A DNA stretch of 63,920 nt, counting the filler, from Theionarchaea archaeon (GTDB lineage: Archaea > Methanobacteriota_B > Thermococci > Methanofastidiosales > SZ-28-30): NCBI GenBank assembly GCA_018992565.1. It is 5 parts of 5 records of this genome, joined end to end, with 100 filler letters (N's around TTAATTAATTAA, not from the genome) between each part and the next. Parts side by side here need not be neighbours in the genome. Positions count along the whole stretch, not along the records: positions 1 to 13,250 come from JACVGW010000074.1; positions 13,351 to 26,532 come from JACVGW010000075.1; 3 more parts are not named here. One strand, written 5' to 3'. Of the stretch, positions 9,585 to 18,352 are shown one piece after another. How positions within the stretch are numbered: the stretch's first letter is position 1; every line of letters begins with the position of its first letter. The notes under the pieces were generated by a model. The model saw nothing but the letters and a program-made list of their open reading frames with translations. It had not been told where the DNA came from and did no database searches. The position numbers were made by a program, and so were the translations under genes.

Positions 9585-10970
9585 TTGAGGATCAGCAGAT
9601 ACAGTATCTCTCTCAAAATAGATGAGGACCAGTACCTCCTGATTAATTCTCGTACTGGAGCAGTTGATCTTGTGGACAGAGATGTAGTTGACCTCATAGA
9701 GAATGGCTTTTCTCAAGGAGATTCTTCCATAGGTGAATTTCTCAAAGAGAGGGGGCACCTGACGGATTTGTCGCCTGAGGAAGAACTGGAATACATGGAG
9801 GAGTTCTGTGGTCGTCTCCACAAGCGCTTCTCACAGACCAGGACACACATTATCATTCCCACCTACACGTGCAACCTGAGGTGTACCTACTGCTGGGAAC
9901 AGCTCCTGCATTCCAGAGGGAAGGAGTGGATAAACAGGACCCTGTCTCTTGAAGAAACTGATCTCTTTTTTGCTGCACTGGATGAACTTGATGAAAAAAG
10001 CACCAGGAAGAAACCACTGATTTATTTCGGGGGAGAACCTCTGCTCCCTGAGAATGAAGAGCTCATTAGCTACATCATGAAAGAAGGGTCGAAAAGAGGA
10101 TATACTCACTATTTTGTCACCAACGGGACAAATATACCACATTATCTCCCGCTCTTCCGTAAAAACGCTGTTCATGGTGTCCAGATTACACTGGATGGAA
10201 CGCAGGAGGTGCATGATGCACGCAGGAAAGGACCGGGGAATGAAGGTTCTTTCCAGAGGATTGTAGAGGGAATTGCATTATTAAGTTCGCATAGGATCAT
10301 GACTCATATCAGGGTGAATATTGATTACTCAAATGTTGACTGTCTAGAGAGTCTGGCATCCTTTTTGAAAATGAAAGGGTGGCATATAAATCGCTACACT
10401 GTACCGTACCTGGCCTCTGTGTTCAATTACGGGTGTGGTGCATATGCGAAAGCATACAGGAGAGAAGAGTCCATGTCACATCTCCTCTCCCTGTGGAAGA
10501 ATGAGAGTATATGGGAGGTTTTCAAGAGAGGTGTTTCAGGGTTTCATTCACTGGAATCTGTATTGAGAGATGAAGTGTGGTCTCCTCAATTCTATAACTG
10601 CAGGGCCCACTCAAACCAGCTCTTTTTCGACCCTCATGGAAATATCTACCCCTGTTGGGAATCTGTGGGGGAAGAAGACCATTGCGTGGGACAGTTTATT
10701 CCCTCTCTTGAGTTCAACAGAACGTATGAAATGTGGAGGAAGAGAACTGTGATGAACATGAAAGAATGCAGAGAGTGCTCCTATGCTTTTGTATGTGGGG
10801 GAGGGTGTGCCTATCACGCACATGCGTCAAAAGGTTCCATTTTTGCCCCAGTTTGTCAGCCCACCAGACAAGTGCTGGAAGAATACATTCCTTTTTGTTA
10901 TCGTAAATTCCTCAGTGAAGGCTGGGTGCCTCCAGCGGTGGAACAGAATACGGCACAGGGCAGGTACTAG
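9585..10970 (+). CDS. Radical SAM/SPASM peptide maturase 1 with N-terminal RRE-like domain
   Basis: CNLRCTYC, FGGEPLL, SPASM C-x12-G-x4-C...CRECSYAFVCGGGC-x15-C. GAGGTGA precedes the TTG start. Confidence 0.92.
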   Translation: MRISRYSISLKIDEDQYLLINSRTGAVDLVDRDVVDLIENGFSQGDSSIGEFLKERGHLTDLSPEEELEYMEEFCGRLHKRFSQTRTHIIIPTYTCNLRCTYCWEQLLHSRGKEWINRTLSLEETDLFFAALDELDEKSTRKKPLIYFGGEPLLPENEELISYIMKEGSKRGYTHYFVTNGTNIPHYLPLFRKNAVHGVQITLDGTQEVHDARRKGPGNEGSFQRIVEGIALLSSHRIMTHIRVNIDYSNVDCLESLASFLKMKGWHINRYTVPYLASVFNYGCGAYAKAYRREESMSHLLSLWKNESIWEVFKRGVSGFHSLESVLRDEVWSPQFYNCRAHSNQLFFDPHGNIYPCWESVGEEDHCVGQFIPSLEFNRTYEMWRKRTVMNMKECRECSYAFVCGGGCAYHAHASKGSIFAPVCQPTRQVLEEYIPFCYRKFLSEGWVPPAVEQNTAQGRY

Positions 10971-10990
10971 AATATATGTGATAAGATAGA

Positions 10991-12379
10991 ATGATATGTG
11001 ATAGTATGAATGAATCCACAGCCCGGAAGAGCAGCTACAATGTTGTGATCCCTCTTTCAACATCAGCATCGGGAGCTTCAGAAACAGAGAGCTCATACAT
11101 TATTGCTAACCCTCTCTATGGAAATGCATCACTTGTGAGTGCAGACGAGCTGGAAATACTTGCCACATTTCCCCGCTCGCGTGATGATGTTGTTGTATTT
11201 CACTTGAAGGATGAAGGGTATATCACAACTCTCACAGAGGGAGAAGAAAAGGAACTGATGAAAAAGAGATATGAAGAACAGAAGAAGCCCCGAACCCCTC
11301 GAACTGCCATCATTGTAACCTATCAATGTAACTTGCGCTGTACGTACTGCTGGACAGACCACCTGTTTACATCTGATACCATGGGGAGAGTCATTGATGA
11401 AAGAACAGTGGATAGAGCCTTTGACACCATACCGCAGATACCCGCTCTAGAATCTGTGAAGAGCATGTCATTCTACGGTGGAGAACCGTTTCTACCCTCA
11501 ACACGTTCGATAGTGGAATGTATTCTGGAAAAAGGGTCTGAGAGAGGTTTTACCTTCCATGCCAATACAAATGGGTACTACCTCACAGAGTTTGTCCCCC
11601 TCTTTTCACAATATGCTATGGAAGGACTGGGAGTTACTCTGGATGGGTGTCAGCCGGTGCATGATGCGCGACGCAGGAGAAGTGATAGAGGTGGTACCTT
11701 TTATAAGATCGTGGATGGCATAGATAGTGCTCTGGATAACGGGATACCCATAGGAGTAAGGATCAATGTAGATTCACAGAATATTGAGGGACTACCCGCC
11801 TTTAAGGACTGGATTACGGAACACGGCTGGGCCAATAGGAAGGATATTTCTTTTGCCTTCACTCCCGTCCTGCCCGGGAAAGGGAATACTCCTCCTGGCC
11901 TTCTGACCTATTCTGAAATGGCAGAGAAGATTATAGTCATGGGGAAGGAATCACCCTCCCTCTTTAAGATGATGCATTACACCTGGGAGTACTTTGTGGA
12001 AGGATATTTATCCCGTACCATACTGCAGGGGACGGAGTTACAACCCCGGCCGTTTTACTGTTCTGCTCATTTCCAGACTTTTTCTTTTGATCTGTTTGGT
12101 GATATATATTGCTGCCCCCGGGCCGTGGGAGACAAGACCTTTTCTGTTGGACAGTTTGTCCCTGAACTGAGATTCAACAGGAATTTTGAGGAGTGGATGA
12201 ACAGAGATGTGCTGTCTATTCCGCGGTGTAGGAAATGTGATGTTGCGCTGCTGTGTGGAGGAGGATGTGCATATGAAGCATACCTCCAGTCAGGGACACT
12301 CTTTGAAGGATACTGCCAGCAGTACAGAGCTTTCCTGGAGTATGGGGTTCCTCTCTTTGCGCGACAGAGAATGCAATAG
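10991..12379 (+). CDS. Radical SAM/SPASM peptide maturase 2 with N-terminal RRE-like domain
   Basis: CNLRCTYC, YGGEPFL, SPASM C-x12-G-x4-C...CRKCDVALLCGGGC-x15-C. Paralog of the upstream gene. Confidence 0.92.
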   Translation: MICDSMNESTARKSSYNVVIPLSTSASGASETESSYIIANPLYGNASLVSADELEILATFPRSRDDVVVFHLKDEGYITTLTEGEEKELMKKRYEEQKKPRTPRTAIIVTYQCNLRCTYCWTDHLFTSDTMGRVIDERTVDRAFDTIPQIPALESVKSMSFYGGEPFLPSTRSIVECILEKGSERGFTFHANTNGYYLTEFVPLFSQYAMEGLGVTLDGCQPVHDARRRRSDRGGTFYKIVDGIDSALDNGIPIGVRINVDSQNIEGLPAFKDWITEHGWANRKDISFAFTPVLPGKGNTPPGLLTYSEMAEKIIVMGKESPSLFKMMHYTWEYFVEGYLSRTILQGTELQPRPFYCSAHFQTFSFDLFGDIYCCPRAVGDKTFSVGQFVPELRFNRNFEEWMNRDVLSIPRCRKCDVALLCGGGCAYEAYLQSGTLFEGYCQQYRAFLEYGVPLFARQRMQ

Positions 12380-12455
12380 GGAATTGAGTTGGACCATGAA
12401 CGAAATGGAAACAGCCGAATGTAATCTCATATTACATACTGAGTTTAGAATTCTT

Positions 12456-13250
12456 TTACGGAGATATACCCACTTCTGCCTGCTTGCCTTCGAATTTCTC
12501 TATGATCTTCACGAAAAGCTTCTCAAAGTTGTCCATAGTGTCTTGCATCAGTTCTTCATGTATCTTTTCCTCGGTAAGGAGTTCCTTGATTTTTTGAGCA
12601 ACTTTGAGCTTGTCAAATCCACCCAAATTTCTGTCTTTGAAAAGCCTCGAATATCTTTCTATTGTTAGCCCATGCTTCGGAAATTCCCCAATTTCAATTT
12701 TAGAACAGTCTAACTTGCTCCGAAAAATGTCTTGGTATGCATCATTGACTGCTTCAAGAAAGAATTCTTCACCAAAAAGATCCTCTATTTCCAACTGCGT
12801 TCCCTCTAGACTCTCGTCGATTTCATTAAGCTTCAAGATATCGTTATTCACATCTACATTTTGAAATTTTCTTTCGATTGCCGAAATAACATTATGCGCT
12901 TTTCTGTCGCTATCAAGTACTCCTATCGTATTGTACTTCTCAGCCTTGTGCCATGCCATGAGGGAGGGAATCTTATCAGCTCCTCCAGCTCCAATAATCA
13001 TCAACTTGTCAAGGTCTATCGTCTTCCTTTTCCTGTTCTTCAGGTAATTTGCTAGTGTCTCAAGGTATACCTTATCGCAATACCCCTCTACAACTATGTT
13101 ATTCTTATGTCCAAACAAAGAATCTGAGATTTCTGCCCCAATCGCAGCCCTTATTACTTGAAAGCAATCAAACATGGAATCCCAAAACTTCTCATAAACT
13201 TTCGTTCCAACATCTTTCTTTCTTTCAACAATTCTGATTCTTTCCAACTT
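12456..13250 (-). CDS. C-terminal TOPRIM part of an OLD-family-like ATP-dependent nuclease (5' truncated at scaffold end)
   Basis: Motifs IVVEGYCDKVYL, IGAGGADKI, VLDSD and EIEDLF. Visibly AT-richer than its neighbours. Confidence 0.7.
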   Translation of the reverse strand, partial: KLERIRIVERKKDVGTKVYEKFWDSMFDCFQVIRAAIGAEISDSLFGHKNNIVVEGYCDKVYLETLANYLKNRKRKTIDLDKLMIIGAGGADKIPSLMAWHKAEKYNTIGVLDSDRKAHNVISAIERKFQNVDVNNDILKLNEIDESLEGTQLEIEDLFGEEFFLEAVNDAYQDIFRSKLDCSKIEIGEFPKHGLTIERYSRLFKDRNLGGFDKLKVAQKIKELLTEEKIHEELMQDTMDNFEKLFVKIIEKFEGKQAEVGISP

Positions 13251-13350
13251 NNNNNNNNNNNNNNNNNNNNNNNNNNNNNNNNNNNNNNNNNNNNTTAATT
13301 AATTAANNNNNNNNNNNNNNNNNNNNNNNNNNNNNNNNNNNNNNNNNNNN
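13251..13350. other. Artificial scaffold linker
   Basis: N44-TTAATTAATTAA-N44 (stops in all six frames). Confidence 0.98.
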
Positions 13351-13731
13351 AATAGCCACTATCCCCAGGCCAGTGGTAACCCTGCTGATGGGCACACCTA
13401 TTCTGGAACGACCATAGTTCAGGGCCAGCCATATTATTCCCACACCAATAGGAACTGCCCCTTCCAGGTTCACGTGGTATACGTTCTGCACTGTCCACAC
13501 CAGGCCAACGACTATGAAGAACGCAGCCCATGCCATGCCCTCGAGGTTTTTGCCTTGAGAACGGTCTACATCAACTCTGCCATCGGAGATATTCAGGGGT
13601 CCAATCCGCACTTTCTCTTCTCCTTTTTTGCCTTTCACTTCAATTGGCCCTACCTCGACATATGAGCCTTCTTCATCTTCCTTCACTTTGAGGAAAGGAA
13701 GATCAATGTCAGCTTTTTTCTTCTCTGCCAC
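13351..13731 (-). CDS. Hypothetical membrane protein (3' truncated)
   Basis: Beta-rich repeats (LPFLKVKE/VGPIEVK/IGPLNIS) followed by TM helices. Confidence 0.65.
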
Positions 13732-14005
13732 ATTCTCACCTGCCAGAACATTGATCCAATATATAAAAGCTTTTCACTTTCAGCTTTCCACCCGGTAGAA
13801 CCCTGAACCCACATTCATTGGTTCAGGTTCTGACAGACTGCTGAACTCCAAATCGAGTTCCAAGGATGATATACCCAATCGGCAGCACATGCCATACTGA
13901 AAACCTTTTAAGTCTCCATTGAATTGACACACATGGAGAACTACCTCGTCCTCCTTGTATCATATGTTGTTGGTACTCTGATTCTTTTTCTGTTCATAGT
14001 ATGGG

Positions 14006-15382
14006 ATGAATATGGTGGATCTCATGAATGAATTCACAGCAGCCCTGGGAGTGTATTTGCTGGTTATGGTCTTACTGGGGGCGATTGCCTCAAGGAATTT
14101 GAAAAAGGTGGAAGATTTCCTGGTTGCGGGGAGGAATTTGAACCTTCCACTCACTGCAGCCTCTCTCATGGCCACCTGGACGGGAGCCGCTGCCATCACG
14201 GGATATACTGCCTGGATCTATGAAGCCGGGTACTCGATGATGTGGATAGCTGTCTTTACTACTACGTCACTCCTGTTGATTGCTCTTGTTCTTTCAAAGA
14301 ACCTGCGGAACCTGGGTCTTCTCACTGTGTGTGACATATTGAAAGATCACTATGACGAAAGAACAAAGATGGTAGGAGCAGTCCTCATTACAATATATTG
14401 TATCGGTGTCGTATCAGGAGAATTTCTGGGTGGGGCCTACATCCTGCGTACTGGACTGGGGTATGACTTCTCTCTGGCTCTCCTTCTGACTGCGGGTATT
14501 GTCCTGAGTTACTGCCTTCTGGGAGGTCTGTGGGCTGTGGCCATGACTGATCTTGTGCAATTTGGCCTGGTGGCTGTGGGACTGGTGGTAGCTGTTCCCA
14601 TGGTGCTCAGGGGGGCAGGAGGGTGGAGTGCTCTGCATCATGCAGTGGTTGAGATTGATCCCCTGCACCTGGATGTCTTTGGATATGCGCCATACCACAT
14701 GATTCTGGCCTGGGCAGTGATAATCTTTGCGTCGAACTTTATTGCTCCGGATATCTACCAGAGAATGTATGCAGCCAGGTCTGGCAGGACAGCACGAATG
14801 GCCATGGGTATAACTGGGCTATGGGATTGTTTCCTGACAGTGGCTGCCGTAGTCCTGGGGCTGTCAGCATTCGTCCATTTTCAGGGGGAACAGCTGGGAG
14901 ACATGGTCCTCCCCCTGCTCATCAATGATGTCTTCCCTCAAGGATTCACCTGTTTTTTCATGGTGACACTCATTGCTGTCATAATGTCCACAGCTGACTC
15001 CCTCCTGGTGGTAGCAGGGGGGACACTGTACCATGATGTCCTGGGGAAGGAAGGATCGTCTGTAACCTGGCTCAGAGCGTTGACTCTGGGATCTGGGGTC
15101 ATTTCTCTGGGGTTGTGTTTCTACTTCGAGTCCATCATGGACTCCATTCTCTTTTCTTCTTCTGTCTATGCTGCAGGATTATTCATCCCAGTTGTCAGTG
15201 CACTTATATGGAAAAGGGGAACAAAAGATGCAGCATTTTATGGATGTATCTGTGGTGGAGGAGTAACCATAGTGTGGAGGATACTCAATCTATGGCCAGA
15301 CCCTGTCCTCCCCGGTATTGCAGTATGCTTTGTCCTCTTTGTGACGCTTTCATATCATGGTGGCTCCTGTGTGAAGAAATGA
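14006..15382 (+). CDS. Sodium:solute symporter family protein
   Basis: Motifs DFLVAGRNL, GGLWAVAMTDLVQ, YQRMYAARS and AVIMSTADS. About 13 TM segments. Confidence 0.92.
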   Translation: MNMVDLMNEFTAALGVYLLVMVLLGAIASRNLKKVEDFLVAGRNLNLPLTAASLMATWTGAAAITGYTAWIYEAGYSMMWIAVFTTTSLLLIALVLSKNLRNLGLLTVCDILKDHYDERTKMVGAVLITIYCIGVVSGEFLGGAYILRTGLGYDFSLALLLTAGIVLSYCLLGGLWAVAMTDLVQFGLVAVGLVVAVPMVLRGAGGWSALHHAVVEIDPLHLDVFGYAPYHMILAWAVIIFASNFIAPDIYQRMYAARSGRTARMAMGITGLWDCFLTVAAVVLGLSAFVHFQGEQLGDMVLPLLINDVFPQGFTCFFMVTLIAVIMSTADSLLVVAGGTLYHDVLGKEGSSVTWLRALTLGSGVISLGLCFYFESIMDSILFSSSVYAAGLFIPVVSALIWKRGTKDAAFYGCICGGGVTIVWRILNLWPDPVLPGIAVCFVLFVTLSYHGGSCVKK

Positions 15383-15417
15383 GAAAGAATATAAAGTCTC
15401 ACACGTTAGTGTAAAGG

Positions 15418-16032
15418 ATGGCCAGTATCCCCTTAAGACTATTCGGTATTTGCGGGAGCCCACGTCTTCAATCTACTGATTCTGCAGTTCGGAAGGCGCT
15501 GGAATACGCTGAGGAGACGTATTCTGTTGAAACCAGGTATTTTTCATGTCACAAGAAGGAGCTCAACTTCTGCATTCATTGTGACTACTGCGTAAGGAAA
15601 AAAGAAGGCTGTGTATTCAAAGACGATATGGAGGAGGTATATTCATCGCTGGAATGGGCAGATGCACTTATCATGGGTACTCCTGTATATCAGGGGACGG
15701 TCTCTGGTCAGATGAAGGTAGTCATGGATCGATGCAGGGCATTGCTAGCCAAGAATCCTCACGTTCTCTCTCAGAAGGTGGGGGCTGCACTTGCAGTCGG
15801 TGGTGATCGCATGGGAGGACAGGAAGTGGCACTCCAGACTATTCTGGAATTCTATGTCATCAATGAAGTCCTTCCAGTGGGAGGTGGCTCTTTCGGAGCA
15901 AACCTGGGGATGACGTTCTGGTCAAAGGACATGGGCGCATCAGGTGTAGAACGTGACAGAGAGGGACTGAGGACACTGCACAAGACAGTAGACAGGCTGG
16001 TATCAGTTGCTCAGGCCATCAGGAGGATGTAG
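15418..16032 (+). CDS. Iron-sulfur flavoprotein (Isf-like flavodoxin family)
   Basis: GICGSPR, CIHCDYC-x6-C, GTPVYQG, DRCRA. Confidence 0.88.
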   Translation: MASIPLRLFGICGSPRLQSTDSAVRKALEYAEETYSVETRYFSCHKKELNFCIHCDYCVRKKEGCVFKDDMEEVYSSLEWADALIMGTPVYQGTVSGQMKVVMDRCRALLAKNPHVLSQKVGAALAVGGDRMGGQEVALQTILEFYVINEVLPVGGGSFGANLGMTFWSKDMGASGVERDREGLRTLHKTVDRLVSVAQAIRRM

Positions 16033-16033
16033 C

Positions 16034-16582
16034 ATGGAAAAAGTTGCATGGGGTATCACGGGCTCTGGGGATTATATGAGAGAGTCTCTGGACCTGATGA
16101 AAGAGATACATGAAGCATTTGCAGTACGAATAGATGTATTTCTCTCACGAGAAGGTGAGGTTGTCCTGAAGCATTATGGGTACATGCAGGAGATTGAAAC
16201 GTCCTTCGAAAACGTTCACACAGAAAAGGGGCCCAATATACCGTTCCTTTCTGGAAAACTACAGATGGGCAAGTACAAAGTCTTCATGATCTGTCCGGCC
16301 ACTGCTAATACGGTAGCCAAGCTGGCTCACGGGATTGCAGATTCTCTCATTACGAATTCTGCAGCTCAAGCAATGAAAGTGGATTGTCCTGTGTACATTT
16401 TTCCCGTGGACCAGAAGCTGGGAACAGTGGTCACCAGGCTGCCCGATGGCAGTGATCTAACCCTGCACGTGCGGGAAGTAGATGTGGAGAATGTGGAAAT
16501 TCTCAGAAAGATGAGAGGAATTACTGTTATGGGTCAGGTGGAAGACGCAAAGGACATCATCAAGAAGTGCTGCAGCTGGTAG
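16034..16582 (+). CDS. afpA: Archaeoflavoprotein AfpA (HFCD flavoprotein family)
   Basis: Motifs VAWGITGSGD, PATANTVAKLAHGIADSLITN and IFPVDQ. Confidence 0.8.
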   Translation: MEKVAWGITGSGDYMRESLDLMKEIHEAFAVRIDVFLSREGEVVLKHYGYMQEIETSFENVHTEKGPNIPFLSGKLQMGKYKVFMICPATANTVAKLAHGIADSLITNSAAQAMKVDCPVYIFPVDQKLGTVVTRLPDGSDLTLHVREVDVENVEILRKMRGITVMGQVEDAKDIIKKCCSW

Positions 16583-16719
16583 CCTCATTGACTGCAATCT
16601 GAGTCTTCTCCTGTGGACAGTGACCGGGACATTCTCCATCATGCTTGCCATTCATTCACACCTGCCCCACCCCGGAGACTCCCACAAACTATAAATGCTG
16701 TTAGACCAAATAAAAGCCA

Positions 16720-17709
16720 ATGAAAGAAGCTCGCTTTTATGAAACCCTCCCGAATGAAGCCGTTCAGTGTCATTTGTGTCCCCACGAGTGCGTTATTAGG
16801 GACGGAAAGCGAGGAGTATGTGGAATTCGCGAAAACCAGAAGGGAATCCTCTATTCAACCATATATGAGGAGATCACGTCCCGGGGAGTTGACCCTGTAG
16901 AGAAGAAGCCACTGTACCATTTTTACCCTGGTAGTGAGGCATACTCTGTGGGGACGTTAGGCTGCAATTTATCATGTTCTTTCTGTCAGAACTGGGAGAT
17001 TTCCCAGGGGAGTGTTCCCACGTATCGGATGACCTCCCATGAGATCGTAGAAGCCACAGAGTACAGGAAGTGCATGAGTATTGCCTACACGTATAACGAA
17101 CCCTCAGTGTGGTATGAATTCGTCTATGATACTGCTGCCCTGGCCAGGGAGCATGGTATCAATAATGTGCTGGTAACCAACGGATACATTAATGAAGAAC
17201 CCTTGAAAGAGCTGCTGCCTTTCATTGATGCCATGAATATTGATGTGAAGGCTTTCACTGATTCATTTTACAAAGAATTATGTCACGGAAAGCTGGATCC
17301 TGTGCTGAAAACGGCAGAGATGGCCAAAAAATCCACCTGGGTGGAAATAACTACATTAATAATCCCGGGTAAGAACGACAGCGATAGGGAAATTGAAGAA
17401 CTGGTCAGCTGGGTGGCATCGTCTCTGGGAGAAGATACTCCCCTCCACTTCTCCCGGTACTATCCCAGTTACCACCTCCACATTCCTCCAACAGACATTG
17501 AAACGCTGGAGAGAGCCCGTTCTCTTGCTCTGAAGGAATTACGCTATTGCTACATTGGCAATGTGTGGAACCATGAGGGAGACAACACCTATTGCTACAA
17601 CTGCGGGAATACCCTCATTACCAGACGGGGGTTCTCTGCGTCAATTGTAGGAATAACAGAAGAGAGGACCTGCTGCAACTGTGGTGCCAGAATAGACATT
17701 GTGTTGTGA
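16720..17709 (+). CDS. amrS: AmmeMemoRadiSam system radical SAM enzyme (PflA-like)
   Basis: Motifs CHLCPHEC, DPVEKKPLYHFYPG, GCNLSCSFCQNWEISQ, AYTYNEP and PLHFSRYYP. Confidence 0.9.
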   Translation: MKEARFYETLPNEAVQCHLCPHECVIRDGKRGVCGIRENQKGILYSTIYEEITSRGVDPVEKKPLYHFYPGSEAYSVGTLGCNLSCSFCQNWEISQGSVPTYRMTSHEIVEATEYRKCMSIAYTYNEPSVWYEFVYDTAALAREHGINNVLVTNGYINEEPLKELLPFIDAMNIDVKAFTDSFYKELCHGKLDPVLKTAEMAKKSTWVEITTLIIPGKNDSDREIEELVSWVASSLGEDTPLHFSRYYPSYHLHIPPTDIETLERARSLALKELRYCYIGNVWNHEGDNTYCYNCGNTLITRRGFSASIVGITEERTCCNCGARIDIVL

Positions 17710-17713
17710 TACT

Positions 17714-18352
17714 ATGGATAGGAAGACAGTCACCGACATGCTGAAAAAATACGGGTACATAACCTCCCCCGAGGTGGAAAAGGCCTTTTTGACAGTGCCC
17801 CGGGAATCATTCGTCCTCCCCGGATATAGAGACCGTGCATATGCTGACACCCCTCTGCCCATCTTATGTGGACAGACCATATCAGCCCCCTCTATGATCG
17901 CCATCATGCTGGAAGTCTCCCAGTTGGCCCGGGGGATTTCCGTGCTGGAGGTTGGATGTGGCTCCGGGTATAATGTAGCATTAATTGCTGAAATTGTAGG
18001 GGAAGACAATGTCTTATCTATAGAACGAATTCCAGAGCTGGCTGAGTGGGGAAAGGAGAACCTGAAATCAGCAGGATACAGTGTTACAGTAGTCATTGGT
18101 GATGGAACGCTGGGATATCCTGAAAAAGCCCCTTACCACAGGATTATCTCCACTGCCGCAGCCCCCAGAATTCCTTCACCCTGGGTGAACCAACTGGAGC
18201 CAGATGGTCTCATTGTATGTCCTGTGGGTTCAAAGCACTGGTACCAGGAACTGGAGGTGGCGCAGAAGACTGAAAAGGGCGATCTCGTCATAACCCATCA
18301 TGGTGGATGTGCCTTTGTTCCTCTCATTGGAGAGGAAGGGTTCAGGCAGTAA
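17714..18352 (+). CDS. pcm: Protein-L-isoaspartate O-methyltransferase
   Basis: Motifs VPRESF, AYADTPLPI, GQTISAP, VLEVGCGSGY, GDGTLG and FVPLIG. Confidence 0.93.
   Translation: MDRKTVTDMLKKYGYITSPEVEKAFLTVPRESFVLPGYRDRAYADTPLPILCGQTISAPSMIAIMLEVSQLARGISVLEVGCGSGYNVALIAEIVGEDNVLSIERIPELAEWGKENLKSAGYSVTVVIGDGTLGYPEKAPYHRIISTAAAPRIPSPWVNQLEPDGLIVCPVGSKHWYQELEVAQKTEKGDLVITHHGGCAFVPLIGEEGFRQ

Noticed and set aside
9585..12379. rSAM pair as anaerobic sulfatase maturases for the AlkP-family gene at 3556
   Set aside because: That protein has a Thr-type PPMTIPAW site, not a C/SxPxR sulfatase motif, and the adjacent Cys-rich peptide is the better substrate candidate.
12207..12668. 153-aa ORF starting MCCLF as a second RiPP-related gene
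   Set aside because: Overlaps rSAM 2 out of frame and the OLD-like gene antisense, and has no SD.
13295..13306. TTAATTAATTAA recurring four times as a possible biological repeat or att site
   Set aside because: Always centred in N44 runs, so it is an artificial six-frame stop linker.
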